A stretch of 64,000 bases of DNA from the NCBI RefSeq assembly GCF_039654945.1, contig NW_027361819.1, positions 2,790,001-2,854,000 of the forward strand, in the 5' to 3' direction. The position numbers and the translations under genes are program-made. Positions 38,801-49,847 of this stretch are shown piece by piece; the stretch's first letter is position 1; each line of letters begins with the position of its first letter. The notes below the pieces were generated by a model. The model saw nothing but the letters and a program-made list of their open reading frames with translations, was not told the DNA's origin and did not search any database. The stretch comes from Dendrobates tinctorius (lineage: Eukaryota).

Positions 38801-39201
38801 GGAACTCCGATGACCGGGGTTGCCCTCGTGAGGAGTGTGGCGACGTGCTGGAAAGCATGGAGCACTTCCTGCTTCATTGTCCCTTTAATGCAGAGGTTTA
38901 CAACAGGGTGGGTGCCTCCATACGTTGGCCGCGGCTGGCGTCCCTCTCCTACACTGAATGGGCCTATGGAGCGTTCAGATCCCTGGGTGGCCGGGACCCG
39001 TGCACTTTATTCCTAGTCAGTGCAGCGGTTAGGTTCCACACTTGGAATGCACGGTGCCTAGTTACGACGCGGAAAAAAACCCTCCCAAGGGATGAGGTGG
39101 TAGGAAACATCTTGGGTGACCTGGTGAAGGTCCGTTCTTTGGAGTTCGAAAGGTTGGGTGTGAGGAAGGCCTCTTGGCTTTGGAGAGGCCTCTCCTTTTA
39201 A
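35809..39201 (+). CDS. Tx1-like ORF2p (1130 aa): AP endonuclease, reverse transcriptase, C-terminal Zn finger
   Basis: Endonuclease motifs SINV, FLQET, NIYGP, GGDFN, SRIDRF, SDH. RT motifs KSPGPDG, WRPIAL, DQAKAFD, GVRQGCPLSP, YADD. C-terminal CPREECGDVLESMEHFLLHC. Confidence 0.97.
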   Translation: MMAELAPLTLASINVASIKSDAARFTAFDFFSRIEAEILFLQETRLTDMGAIYKARREWRCGPSYWSLAAEPYSGVAVLFKTAAVECRRVTELEMGRCLILDVFMRGQELRLINIYGPQSKWDRKCLFLRIKPFLFTSRQVVFGGDFNTITRSRDRGGPGDRLAYDSVALNSIASEARLVDAHIRHTPGHGGFTYHRGSCRSRIDRFFLKEDAIFSAVSAVEVEFSDHCLIFFSLNVAETPRMGRGLWKLNSSLLEEAEVRQSFEDFLQSQVPLLDLCSSKSEWWEIFKKRVAGFFRQLSSLRSLNRHRLYQALGRKLEQLVSTGGDREEISRVKSLLKRCQYDRHTSLVFERDFGKYRSPDPYRNCKMSVNCKMVTGLIDSTGSLNRSKSGILEVVRSFYSHLLEKKDLDRDRMSAFLAEAIPEPGGDPSLGVLAEEIREEEVRLAIDGLRLKKSPGPDGLTSEFYKTFRDSLVPLLTGVFNECLSSGTLPGSMRKSALIILSKGKDPSRIENWRPIALLDTDRKVLAKVLFNRLVKFAPRLLSGAQHCSVPGRSTFSAVLGVREAVEQGRAGHWKGYLLSLDQAKAFDRVNHEYLWSVLLRYGLPGRFVKWLEILYQGAETFPLVNGWSGRPFEVGSGVRQGCPLSPLLYVFAIDPFLRRVDRGPLAGVGMDRAGSGSSLRVVAYADDVSLFVSSRGEADWVMSEVVRYSEASGSMINRDKCESLWLGGGDPSFDLPDTLPGPQATAKILGIEFGPGDYPQQNWEGRLKIAAQKVDQWKGWSLTLRERVALAKGYLLPLLIYLGSVCILPEPLWTRVYSLFFQLLWGNRLNLIKREVTYRTRRLGGLGMVNPVVFLVNTFLKTNISNLWLERAPPWVVSCKGWLWPFFQEWETGGRVKDLRTPHGHLPAYATPVLKVIRRWGLGMWEIRTMSRQCLDRRVLLTHFQKPLALKDCPGRDLEVGLGLLNSKRIPMKFWDLTWRCFHGRLYVRDNLKCRNSDDRGCPREECGDVLESMEHFLLHCPFNAEVYNRVGASIRWPRLASLSYTEWAYGAFRSLGGRDPCTLFLVSAAVRFHTWNARCLVTTRKKTLPRDEVVGNILGDLVKVRSLEFERLGVRKASWLWRGLSF

Positions 39202-39994
39202 AAACGCACTCAAGGGAGAGCTAGCTCCGTGTGAATGAGGGTAGGGATAGCATAAGTTTCACTGGGTGTGTTAGGGACAGAAGTAGGGGCAGATAGGGAC
39301 AGGGAGGGACAGGCACTGAGGGACAGATAGAGAGTTAGTTATGATAAGTTAGGTAGAGTAGGGGCAGGTAGGGACAGATAGGGACAGGTTTCTTTTTTTT
39401 AGGGACAGAAGTAGGGACAGTCTTAGTTCTTGAGGGATAGGATGAATGTGTTAGTGAGGGATGGAGCCTCTAGAACCCCGTTTTCCTGGTGGTGGGCTGG
39501 TGCATGCCACCTTAGCTTTTTGTTTTAAAAACAGGACATATAATGGATATTGGGCTTACAGGTGCCAAACTTGGGCCTTGGGTATGTAAATGCTGTGTTT
39601 AGTTTGTATATTAATGCGTAAGTAGATGGGATGGTATTGAGAGTTTTGGAAAATGTCTTTTGGTTGTGCTTTGGTAAAAGGAAAAACATATAACACACGT
39701 TTTTTTTTGTTTTTTTAGTTAGAATGTGTGGATGGGGTGTAGTCAGGTTGGGAGGGGGGTGCATGGGGGGTGGTGGATGGATGACCGGATGCCAAGAGCA
39801 ACATGAAGGAGCAGAGGAGCAGGGCAGGAGAAGTAGACTCTGCGGACCCTGGAAATAATTTTCGTGTGGAATCAAAAGGCCATAAACTTTCGTGGACCAG
39901 ATTTTGCAGTGACAAGGCTACAAACTTGTAGGACCTGCGGTGCAAGGTGGTGGGAAAAAAAAGGCTGCGAACTTGTTGCCATGTGTGGGAGAGG

Positions 39995-40032
<38 letters not shown>

Positions 40033-40435
40033 TGCTGTGTAATAGGAGGTAAGGTTTGTCGGCCAAAGTGGCAGAGTTCTTGTTTTTTTTCAAGGCGGAG
40101 GGCCAGGAAAGGGTTATTTTCGTTTGGTTTTTGTAAATAGTAAAATTGTAAATAGTAAACTAGTAAAATCGGTGAGGTGTGAATGGGGGTGAATGGGGGT
40201 GAATGGAGTGAGAGTGGGGAGAGGGGTTTATGTTTCTTTGTATTCTCTTTTAAGTGGATTCCTGCTGGGGGACCCTAAGCTGCCGAGCTCAGTGGGGGAC
40301 AAGGAAAGGATTTGGACTTTCAGTTGTTTGCGCATGTTTTGCACATTTTATGTCTGTCTATGTTGGTTTTCTTTAGTTTATGTATTGTGGTTTGTTTCTG
40401 AGTGTAATTTTGATAATTTTGTAAAATAAAAGAGT

Positions 40436-40591
40436 TGGAGGATAAGACACAATGTAACAGCAGAATGGTGACTGGAGGATAAGACACAATGTAACAGCAG
40501 AATGGTGAGTGCAGCTCAGCATGTGACTGGAGGATAATATACGATGTCGCAGCAGAATAGTGACCGCTGCTCTGGAGGTGACTGGAGGATA
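40436..40591. repeat. Minisatellite spacer (about 3 units) between the two retrotransposons
   Basis: Same TGGAGGATAAGACACAATGTAACAGCAGAAT family, including one divergent unit (AATATACGATGTCGCAGC...) not present left of copy 1. Confidence 0.92.
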
Positions 40592-40839
40592 GAGCACGCC
40601 CAGGAAGAGGAGGAGCATCTGTGCTGAGCGTCTGCAGGCTAGGGCCTTGCTAAGCTCCTGGGAAGGGAGGATTTTTCCTGCAAGGACTTTCCATCTGCCC
40701 CCTTCCCAGGAAAGAGGACTTTCCCTGAGACTGAGCGCCGGGGCTGTTCCCCTGGCTCCCACCCTCCGGCAAGCCAGCTGGGGGTGGGGGGCCTCAGCAC
40801 CATCCGGAGGCCAGGGTGCAGCCAGCCAGTCCCAGGGAG

Positions 40840-43800
40840 ATGGGGAAGAGACGGAGCCAGGAGAGAGGGGGTCGCAGGACCCAGGAGCCCCGGGACACCG
40901 GGCCCCCCGAAGCTGGTACCGTGGCGGCTCCTCCTCCCGGAGGAGTGGCGGCCCAGAGCAGAGGTGCAGTGGCAGAGCCCCCCAACATCTGGGGCTCCAG
41001 AGCTGAGGGAGAGCCGTCTACCATCTACGCCTCCCGCATCCATGCGCACCTCTGCGAATATGAGGAGGCCGACAAACAGCTGAGAAAACTCCGGGAGGAG
41101 TTAAGGGGAGCACGAGCGGTGGCTAAGAACCGGCTCCCCGCCTCGAGACGAGCTGAGGTCTCCGCCACGGTGGAGAGGCTGAAGGGGGCTATCAGGGCCT
41201 TGGAGGAGATACGGGCGGCTATCCTGAGTGGGAGCGGCCCCTTTGCAGAGAAACTGAAAAACGATGACCGGTTTAGAGCCATGACCGGAGGGTCTCCTGG
41301 GGGGTCGGGAGGCCCCTGCCAGGTGGAGGGCCAAGAGGAGGAGGAGGAGGATGGCGGAACATCTACGCCTGCCCCACCTGAAGGCCTGGTGAGCAACAAC
41401 ACCCAGGTAACAAGCAGCGGGGTGGCCCCTGAGCAAGTGGCTCTCCCACCGGACTCCAGTTACTCGGAGGAAAGTGGGGGCGAGGGGGAGGCTGGTGGAA
41501 GTGGGGACAGTAGTAGTGAGGGGGGCTGCCTCGTCCTACAACAGGTGAGGCGGATCGAGTCCCCAGAGCGGTTTGGCACACTGCTCTTTGGGGATGAGGT
41601 CTGCCCTGAGGACGAGGCAACCGGAAAGAGGAAAAAGAAAAAAAACAAGCGCAAGCCAAAAAACACCGTGGCTGACAAACTTATGTTTGTCCCTCTTTCC
41701 GGGGCCCCTCTGTCCCGCTGTATGGAACCCGCTGCCCACCCCGGCTCGGGCCCTGTGGTGGGTCCGCAGCGGGGGCGCGGGCAGAGTGATGTGTGCCTGG
41801 ACCTTACCGTCACATCTGGTGGTGGCGGTGAGGGTTCAGGCAGCGACATGGAGGTCGGTGCTGGTGCCAGTGGTGTAACAGCCGCTGGCGGTATTGGCGG
41901 TAGTGGTGTCCGGGCTCAGTCCCCGGTGGCAGGGGGGGCTGGCCTGGCGCTCAGCACGGGTACAGCCAGGACCGCACCTCCGGCGGTGAGTGCTGGGGTC
42001 TCTGGATCCCCCACGCACGGGTCCGTTAAGTCTGGTCCACTTATGGGGGTCCAGAGACCTAGAAAGGGCGTGGAGGCTGCTGTGAAGCAGCAGCTAAAAA
42101 AATGCAAGGGGCTGGTAGCTCCTCTGACGGCGCCCGTGGCAAGAGCGGGGTCCCCGGCGCGTAGACCCAAAAAGGGGTCCGTGCTGGGGGCACCGCGGGG
42201 GAGTGGCCAGCCCTGCCAACATCAAGTGGTGGGTTCAGGGGCGCAGTGACGGTCCGTGAGGGGGGCGTGGCCTCCCCGAGTGTTGCCCGGCCTGCAAAGG
42301 CTGCGGCATGCGGGGGGGCGTGTCCTCCTCGGCCGCTGTCCCGCCCGCTGTGCCCGCGTCACCTGGGGAGGGCGTGGCCTCGCAAGGGGTCACTGCTCTG
42401 CCCGGGGTGGCTGCAGCCGGCGGGGGGGGGTGTGGCCTTGGCGGGCCCACTGCCTCCTGTCCCGCCTACCCCCTCAAGCAGCATAGTGCCCCCAAAAGTC
42501 GGTAGGGAGTTGTCGGGGTCCCCAGCCCGCTTACCTCCATCTGGTGGTGCGGGGGCTCTGGCGCTCCTTGGGAAGCCAGCGGGGGCGAACAGCAGAGGGC
42601 AGGGTGCGGTGGCAGTGGCTGTCCCTGTCCTCAGTGCAAAGACACCGCAAAAAGAAAAAAAAGTGGAGCCAGAGAACCCAGGAGCTGCTGCTGCTCCCAG
42701 GCTCGGGCAGGGCGTACTGAGTGCGCTCTGCTCGGAGGTATTTAAAGGGGCAGCGGCACTCCTGGACAAGAGTTGGAGCAGTGCCAGCAGCTCCAAGGAG
42801 CAGAGCACTGGCCAGTCAGGGCCCCCAGCAGGCAGGCAGGGGTACTGCAACACCAAGTCTGCTAATGTAAATAGTGGTCTATCTGGAAGTGAGAGTGGGA
42901 GTGAGATAGGAGATATTTTTGAAGAGCTGTTTGAGGACATAAATGGTGATGTGAGCGATATGGATGCTGGAGTGAGTGCGAGTGTGAATGTGGCAGTAAA
43001 TGCTGGAGTGAGTGCCGGAGCGAGTGGAAATAATAAAAGAGTGAACGGGAGAATGAATGAGGGTGCTGGCACAAGTGGTGGTAGTGGTGGGAGGGCTGGC
43101 CCGTCTGCCCCCCCAGCCGCGAGGCCCCAACGTAATTATGCGGGGGTCGCGGCTGGGGGTCGGGGTGGTTCCGGGGGGGGGTCTCCTCGCCTCCGGGCTC
43201 CGGGGACGGCGGTTTGCACCGCCGTTTCCTGGAGGCCCTCCAAAGGGGAGAAAGATCGATCATGGTAGAGGGGAGGACAGTGGACCTGTCTTTCTGGATA
43301 GAGAGACATGGCCTAGCAGCCTTCCAAAATCAAAGGGAGGGAGGGACTGTTTAGTCTCTCCCCACAGCCGGGCAGGGGCCGCCAAGAAGGAATGTGGTCC
43401 GTCTTAGGTGGGGGGGCAGTGAAGCTTGTCCACCTAGGAGCAAGGTGGTGGAGCTCCTCCTTAAGATGGGCTTCGGGGCGAATGACATCTTTGCCCTGAT
43501 ACACCCTTCGGCGTCCCGCTTCTTCGACGTCAGCTTCGTGCGGCCAGAGGGGCTTGAGCTCTTCTGGTCAAACTACGAGCTGGTGCGAGAAGAGCCCGGA
43601 TGGCGAGACTTCGTGGCTCAAGCGGTGTCTCGCCAAAATTCCGTCAAGCGAGTGACCGTGGTTACATGTAACGAGTCACTCGCAGGCGTGGACATCATGA
43701 CGTGGCTTTCCCGTTACGGGGAGGTCACCGAGGTCCCAAAAAAGAACAGGGACGAGTTTGGCATCTGGTCGGGGGGCTGGACCTTCATGGTCAAATTGAA

Positions 43801-44848
43801 GGTTTCCGGCGGCACGGTCACCCACATCCCTTCCTCGGCGTTCCTGGGAAGGGACAGGATCCTGGTCTTCTACCAGGGGCAACCGAAGGTCTGCCACAAG
43901 TGCGGCGACCCCACTCACTTCAGCGCCAACTGCAAGGTGCAGAAGTGCGCGTTGTGTGGTGGGGTAGGTCACCTGGCTGCCTTGTGCAAAGACATTCGGT
44001 GCCACCTGTGTGGTGACCTGGGTCACCCTCTCAGCCGCTGCCCTCGCTCTTTCTCTAATGCCGCCACAGGCACGGTGGGGGGAGACCGCGGGGGGGCAAC
44101 CCCCGGTGGCGCTGCTTCTGCTGTGGCAGGTGGTGGCGAAGGGGGAAGGGCTGAGGGGCCAGTGAGGAAGGGCAATGCTGCAAGGGGCCCCGCGTACCAG
44201 CGGAGGCAGGAAAAGCGCCAGGGAGGTAAGGGACAGGTGGAGCCTCGGGCAACCGGGGTGATGCCTGCTCCTCCCTCCAGGCCCGTGGCCAAAGCCTCTG
44301 AGGCCCTGGGGGAGAGTGCGGTGAGTGAGGAGATCAGGAGGATGGAGAGAGAGGAGAAAGCGGCTGACTCGGACAATTCCTCTCAGTATGAAAGTGTTGA
44401 TGAGGATGTCCAAGAGCAGCCTACAGCACCAGGTGGCAAAACCAGGCGTGCCAAGCGCAAAGCGGTGGGGAGGAAGGCTGACAAGCCTTCAAAGTCCCCC
44501 CCGCCCCCGACCACAAGGGTGCATACGGAAGGGCCCGCTGACCCCCCTCTGATCAGACTCTCCAACCGGTTCAGCGCCCTCGGGGGTTCAGATGATGAAC
44601 CGCAAGACGAGGGTACTGGGCCGGGGGCAACACCGGAGGGTCCTTCAGGGGATGGCGGAGTCCGTTCCGCAGGGGGCATTGCTCCTCCTGAGGGGGGGAC
44701 AGACCTGGAACCCGGGGGCGAGGACACCGGGGGGGGTGGGATGGACACGTCGGGAGCTTCCCTGAAAAGGAAGGTGTCTGACCCCTCCCCAGGAGGAGGT
44801 AATAGCGGGGTAGGGAAGAAATTGGCCATCCAACTCGATCACCCATGA
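40840..44848 (+). pseudogene. Disrupted ORF1 of copy 2
   Basis: Relative to copy 1: 16-nt deletion near 42196, G-run indels (-1, +1, +2), and TGG>TAG at 43352-43354. Confidence 0.9.
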
Positions 44849-47800
44849 TGGCTGAACTCGCCCCGTTGACGCTGGCGTCTATTAATGTCGCCAGCATTAA
44901 GTCAGATGCGGCTCGCTTCACGGCCTTTGATTTTTTCTCCCGGATTGAGGCAGAAATTTTATTCTTGCAAGAGACCAGACTAACAGACATGGGGGCCATC
45001 TATAAAGCACGGAGGGAGTGGAGGTGCGGGCCCTCATACTGGTCTCTTGCGGCCGAGCCGTATAGCGGGGTGGCAGTCCTTTTTAAGACTGCAGCAGTTG
45101 AATGCCGACGGGTTACTGAGTTGGAAATGGGGAGGTGCCTGATCCTAGATGTCTTCATGAGGGGACAAGAGCTCCGGCTCATCAACATCTACGGCCCGCA
45201 GTCCAAGTGGGACCGCAAATGTCTCTTCCTGAGGATCAAGCCCTTTCTTTTTACGAGCCGGCAGGTGGTCTTCGGTGGGGACTTCAACACCATTACGAGG
45301 TCCCGTGACCGGGGGGGTCCCGGAGATCGCCTGGCTTATGATAGCGTCGCGTTGAATAGCATAGCCAGTGAAGCTCGCCTGGTGGATGTCCACATCCGGC
45401 ACACCCCAGGTCACGGGGGTTTCACCTACCATAGGGGTAGCAGTAGGTCTAGAATAGACAGGTTTTTTTTGAAGGAGGACGCCATCTTTTCTGCTGTGTC
45501 CGCCGTTGAGGTGGAGTTCTCCGATCACTGTCTAATTTTCTTTTCTCTGAATGTTGCAGAGACTCCTCGGATGGGAAGAGGGCTGTGGAAGCTCAATTCG
45601 TCCCTGCTGGAAGAAGCGGAGGTGAGACAATCCTTCGAGGATTTTCTTCAGAGCCAGGTACCGCTGTTGGATCTCTGTAGTAGTAAGTCAGAGTGGTGGG
45701 AGATCTTCAAAAAGCGGGTGGCGGGGTTCTTCCGTCAGCTCTCGAGCCTCAGGAGTCTGAACAGGCACCGCTTGTACCAGGCCCTGGGGAGGAAACTCGA
45801 GCAGCTTGTCTCGACTGGAGGTGACCGAGAGGAAATCTCCAGAGTGAAATCTTTGCTCAAGAGGTGTCAGTATGATAGACACACATCTTTGGTTTTTGAG
45901 AGGGACTTCGGGAAGTACCGCTCGCCCAACCCTTACAGAAACTGTAAGATGTCAGTGAATTGTAAGATGGTGACAGGACTGATCGACAGTACGGGGTCCC
46001 TGAACAGATCCAAATCAGGGATCCTGGAGGTGGTCAGATCCTTCTACTCACACCTCTTGGAAAAGAAGGATCTGGATCAGGATAGGATGTCGGCTTTCCT
46101 GGCTGAAGCCATCCCTGAGCCAGGGGGTGACCCCTCTCTTGGTGTTTTGGCAGAAGAAATCAGGGAAGAGGAAGTGAGACTGGCCATTGATGGGCTTCGG
46201 CTCAAGAAATCGCCAGGTCCGGATGGCTTAACATCTGAGTTCTATAAGACTTTTAGGGACTCCTTGGTCCCCCTCTTGACAGGGGTCTTTAATGAGTGTC
46301 TCTCCTCGGGCACTCTTCCCGGCTCAATGAGGAAGTCAGCCCTCATTATTCTGTCAAAGGGTAAGGATCCGTCCCGAATCGAGAACTGGCGTCCCATAGC
46401 GCTTCTCGATACAGACCGGAAGGTTCTGGCCAAGGTGCTGTTTAATCGGCTGGTGAAGTTTGCACCCCGGCTCCTTTCAGGGGCCCAGCATTGCTCTGTT
46501 CCAGGCCGCAGTACTTTTAGTGCTGTGCTCGGTGTCCGAGAGGCAGTGGAGCAGGGTAGGGCAGGTCACTGGAAGGGGTACTTGCTGTCATTAGATCAAG
46601 CGAAAGCCTTTGACCGGGTCAACCACGAGTACCTCTGATCCGTCCTTTTGAGGTATGGTCTGCCTGGGAGGTTTGTAAAATGGTTAGAGATCTTGTACCA
46701 AGGGGCTGAGACTTTTCCGCTGGTTAACGGTTGGTCAGGTCGTCCTTTTGAGGTGGGTTCTGGGGTCCGTCAGGGCTGTCCGCTGAGCCCGCTTTTATAC
46801 GTGTTCGCGATCGATCCCTTCTTAAGGAGGGTAGATCGTGGACCGTTGGCGGGAGTCGGGATGGACCGGGCGGGCTCTGGCTCCTCTCTGAGGGTGGTGG
46901 CGTACGCCGATGATGTTTCCCTGTTCGTATCTTCGAGAGGGGAGGCGGACTGGGTCATGTCGGAGGTAGTGCGCTACTCGGAGGCATCCGGGTCCATGAT
47001 CAACCGGGATAAGTGTGAAAGTCTCTGGCTGGGAGGGGGAGATCCTAGTTTTGATCTCCCGGACACCCTTCCAGGGCCCCAGGCCACCGCCAAAATTCTA
47101 GGCATCGAATTTGGCCCCGGGGACTACCCCCAGCAAAATTGGGAGGGCAGACTTAAGATCGCCGCCCAAAAGGTGGACCAATGGAAGGGTTGGTCTTTAA
47201 CCCTGAGGGAAAGGGTTGCCCTGGCTAAAGGCTATCTGCTACCTTTATTGATATACCTGGGCAGTGTGTGCATCTTGCCGGAACCTCTCTGGACGCGGGT
47301 CTATAGCCTGTTCTTCCAATTGTTATGGGGGAATAGGCTTAACCTAATCAAGAGGGAGGTTACATACCGTACGAGGAGACTAGGCGGGTTGGGTATGGTC
47401 AACCCGGTGGTGTTTCTAGTAAACACCTTTCTTAAGACTAACATCTCCAACCTCTGGCTAGAGAGGGCTCCTCCGTGGGTAGTCTCCTGCAAGGGTTGGC
47501 TTTGGCCTTTCTTCCAGGAATGGGAGACAGGAGGGCGGGTGAAGGACCTACGCACACCTCATGGGCATCTCCCGGCTTATGCTACCCCGGTTCTGAAGGT
47601 GATCCGCCGGTGGGGTCTGGGAATGTGGGAAATCAGGACCATGTCGAGGCAGTGACAGGAGGGTCCTGTTGACCCATTTCCAGAAGCCCCTGGCCCTTAA
47701 GGATTGCCCAGGCCGGGATCTGGAGGTCGGGCTGGGGCTTTTAAATTCTAAGCGGATCCCCATGAAGTTTTGGGACTTGACCTGGCGTTGCTTCCACGGG

Positions 47801-48232
47801 AGGCTGTATGTAAGGGACAACTTGAAGTGCAGGAACTCCGATGACCGGGGTTGCCCTCGTGAGGAGTGTGGCGACGTGCTGGAAAGCATGGAGCACTTCC
47901 TGCTTCATTGTCCCTTTAATGCAGAGGTTTACAACAGGGTGGGTGCCTCCATACGTTGGCCGCGGCTGGCGTCCCTCTCCTACGCTGAATGGGCCTATGG
48001 AGCGTTCAGATCCCTGGGTGGCCGGGACCCGTGCACTTTATTCCTAGTCAGTGCAGCGGTTAGGTTCCACACTTGGAATGCACGGTGCCTAGTTTCGACG
48101 CGGAAAAAAACCCTCCCAAGGGATGAGGTGGTAGGAAACATCTTGGGTGACCTGGTGAAGGTCCGTTCTTTGGAGTTCGAAAGGTTGGGTGTGAGGAAGG
48201 CCTCTTGGCTTTGGAGAGGCCTCTCCTTTTAA
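44845..48232 (+). pseudogene. Disrupted ORF2 of copy 2
   Basis: TGG>TGA at 46636-46638 within the RT domain; 5-nt deletion and frameshift near 47653. Confidence 0.92.
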
Positions 48233-49441
48233 AAACGCACTCAAGGGAGAGCTAGCTCCGTGCGAATGAGGGTAGGGATAGCATAAGTTTCACTGGGTGT
48301 GTTAGGGACAGAAGTAGAGGCAGATAGGGACAGGGAGGGACAGGCACTGAGGGACAGATAGAGAGTTAGTTATGATAAGTTAGGTAGAGTAGGGGCAGGT
48401 AGGGGCAGATAGGGACAGGTTTCTTTTTTAGGGACAGAAGTAGGGACAGTCTTAGTTCTTGAGGGATAGGATGAATGTGTTAGTGAGGGATGGAGCCTCT
48501 AGAACCCCTTTTTCCTGGTGGTGGGCTGGTGCATGCCACCTTAGCTTTTTTGTTTTAAAAACAGGACATATAATGGATATTGGGCTTACAGGTGCCAAAC
48601 TTGGGCCTTGGGTATGCAAATGCTGTGTTTAGTTTGTATATTAATGCGTAAGTAGATGGGATGGTATTGAGAGTTTTGGAAAATGTCTTTTGGTTGTGCT
48701 TTGGTAAAAGGAAAAACATATAACACACGTTTTTTTGTTTTTTTTTAGTTAGAATGTGTGGATGGGGTGTAGTCAGGTTGGGAGGGGGGTGCATGGGGGG
48801 TGGTGGATGGATGACCGGATGCCAAGAGCAACATAAAGGAGCAGGGCAGGAGAAGTAGACTCTGCGGACCCTGGAAATAGTTTTCGTGTGGAATCAAAAG
48901 GCCATAAACTTTTGTGGACCAGATTTTGCAGTGACAAGGCTACAAACTTGTAGGACCTGCGGTGCAAGGTGGTGGGAAAAAAGGCTGCGAACTTGTTGCC
49001 ATGTGTGGGAGAGGGAAAAAAAAAAAAAAAAAAATCTTTGCTGTGTAATAGGAGGTAAGGTTTGTCGGCCAAAGTGGCAGAGTTCTTGTTTTTTTTCAAG
49101 GCGGAGGGCCAGGAAAGGGTTATTTTCGTTTGGTTTTTGTAAATAGTAAAATTGTAAATAGTAAACTAGTAAAATCGGTGAGGTGTGAATGGGGGTGAAT
49201 GGGGGTGAATGGAGTGAGAGTGGGGAGTGGGGTTTATGTTTCTTTGTATTCTCTTTTCAGTGGATTCCTGCTGGGGGACCCTAAGCTGCCGAGCTCAGTG
49301 GGGGACAAGGAAAGGATTTGGACTTTCAGTTGTTTGCGCATGTTTTGCACATTTTATGTCTGTCTATGTTGGTTTTCTTTAGTTTATGTATTGTGGTTTG
49401 TTTCTGAGTGTAATTTTGATAATTTTGTAAAATAAAAGAGT

Positions 49442-49494
49442 TGGAGGATAAGACACAATGTAACAGCAGAATAGTGAGTGCAGCTCTGGAGGTG
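49442..49494. repeat. Final unit of the Tx1 target minisatellite
   Basis: TGGAGGATAAGACACAATGTAACAGCAGAATAGTGAGTGCAGCTCTGGAGGTG, followed by unique sequence. Confidence 0.9.
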
Positions 49495-49592
49495 TCCTGA
49501 TAAAGTCTTCACACCCATGTGTTCTCTTGGATTTCCAGTGACAGCACTAAGTACAAGTATTTGGGACTGGAGGTTTTCTTGATTTCACTCAC

Positions 49593-49739
49593 CGGTTTGG
49601 CCGGACAGCAGGAGTCCATACAGCGGGTGACGGACGGGACCTTGCAGTCACAGGACTGGGCGCAGCCTGCACACATATCACAGAAGCCAAAGTCACCCAC
49701 CTTCTGCCACCCGAAACAGGACGGGCAGCAGCCTCGAGC
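49593..49739 (-). CDS. Cys-rich membrane protein (LOC112694756-like), coding exon 3
   Basis: CTTATTTTCAG| ... CCG|GTGAGT, 147 nt, phase 0/0. ARGCCPSCFGWQKVGDFGFCDMCAGCAQSCDCKVPSVTRCMDSCCPAKP. Confidence 0.87.
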
Positions 49740-49847
49740 CTGAAAATAAGAGGGGGGAGGGCAGCAGGTGATGAGGAGCGAGAACAACACATCCCAGAAT
49801 GCCCGGAACCAGCAGCAATCAGCATCTAACCAGTCATGTCCTAGGGA

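Larger units (their letters stand above)
31542..40435 (+). mobile_element. Full-length, intact Tx1-group (L1 superfamily) non-LTR retrotransposon, copy 1
   Basis: About 250-nt 5'UTR, ORF1, ORF2 (APE-RT-Zn) and about 1.2-kb 3'UTR ending AATAAAAGAGT. Direct repeat TGGAGGATA at 31533-31541 and 40436-40444 (boundaries ambiguous by about 1 nt). Confidence 0.95.
40592..49441 (+). mobile_element. Full-length but disabled Tx1-group retrotransposon, copy 2
   Basis: Near-identical to copy 1, with the same 5' and 3' termini. Direct repeat TGGAGGATA at 40583-40591 and 49442-49450. Confidence 0.95.

Noticed and set aside
31542-49441. Simple tandem duplication, or an LTR-type structure, as the origin of the twin elements
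   Set aside because: Each copy has its own target duplication and different adjacent units, and the APE-RT architecture is non-LTR. Duplication is disfavoured but cannot be fully excluded without population or read data.
40592-49441. APOBEC-like G>A hypermutation in copy 2 (two TGG-to-stop changes)
   Set aside because: By eye, G/A differences run in both directions between copies, many are at CpG, and C/T differences are also common. No clear strand or context bias.
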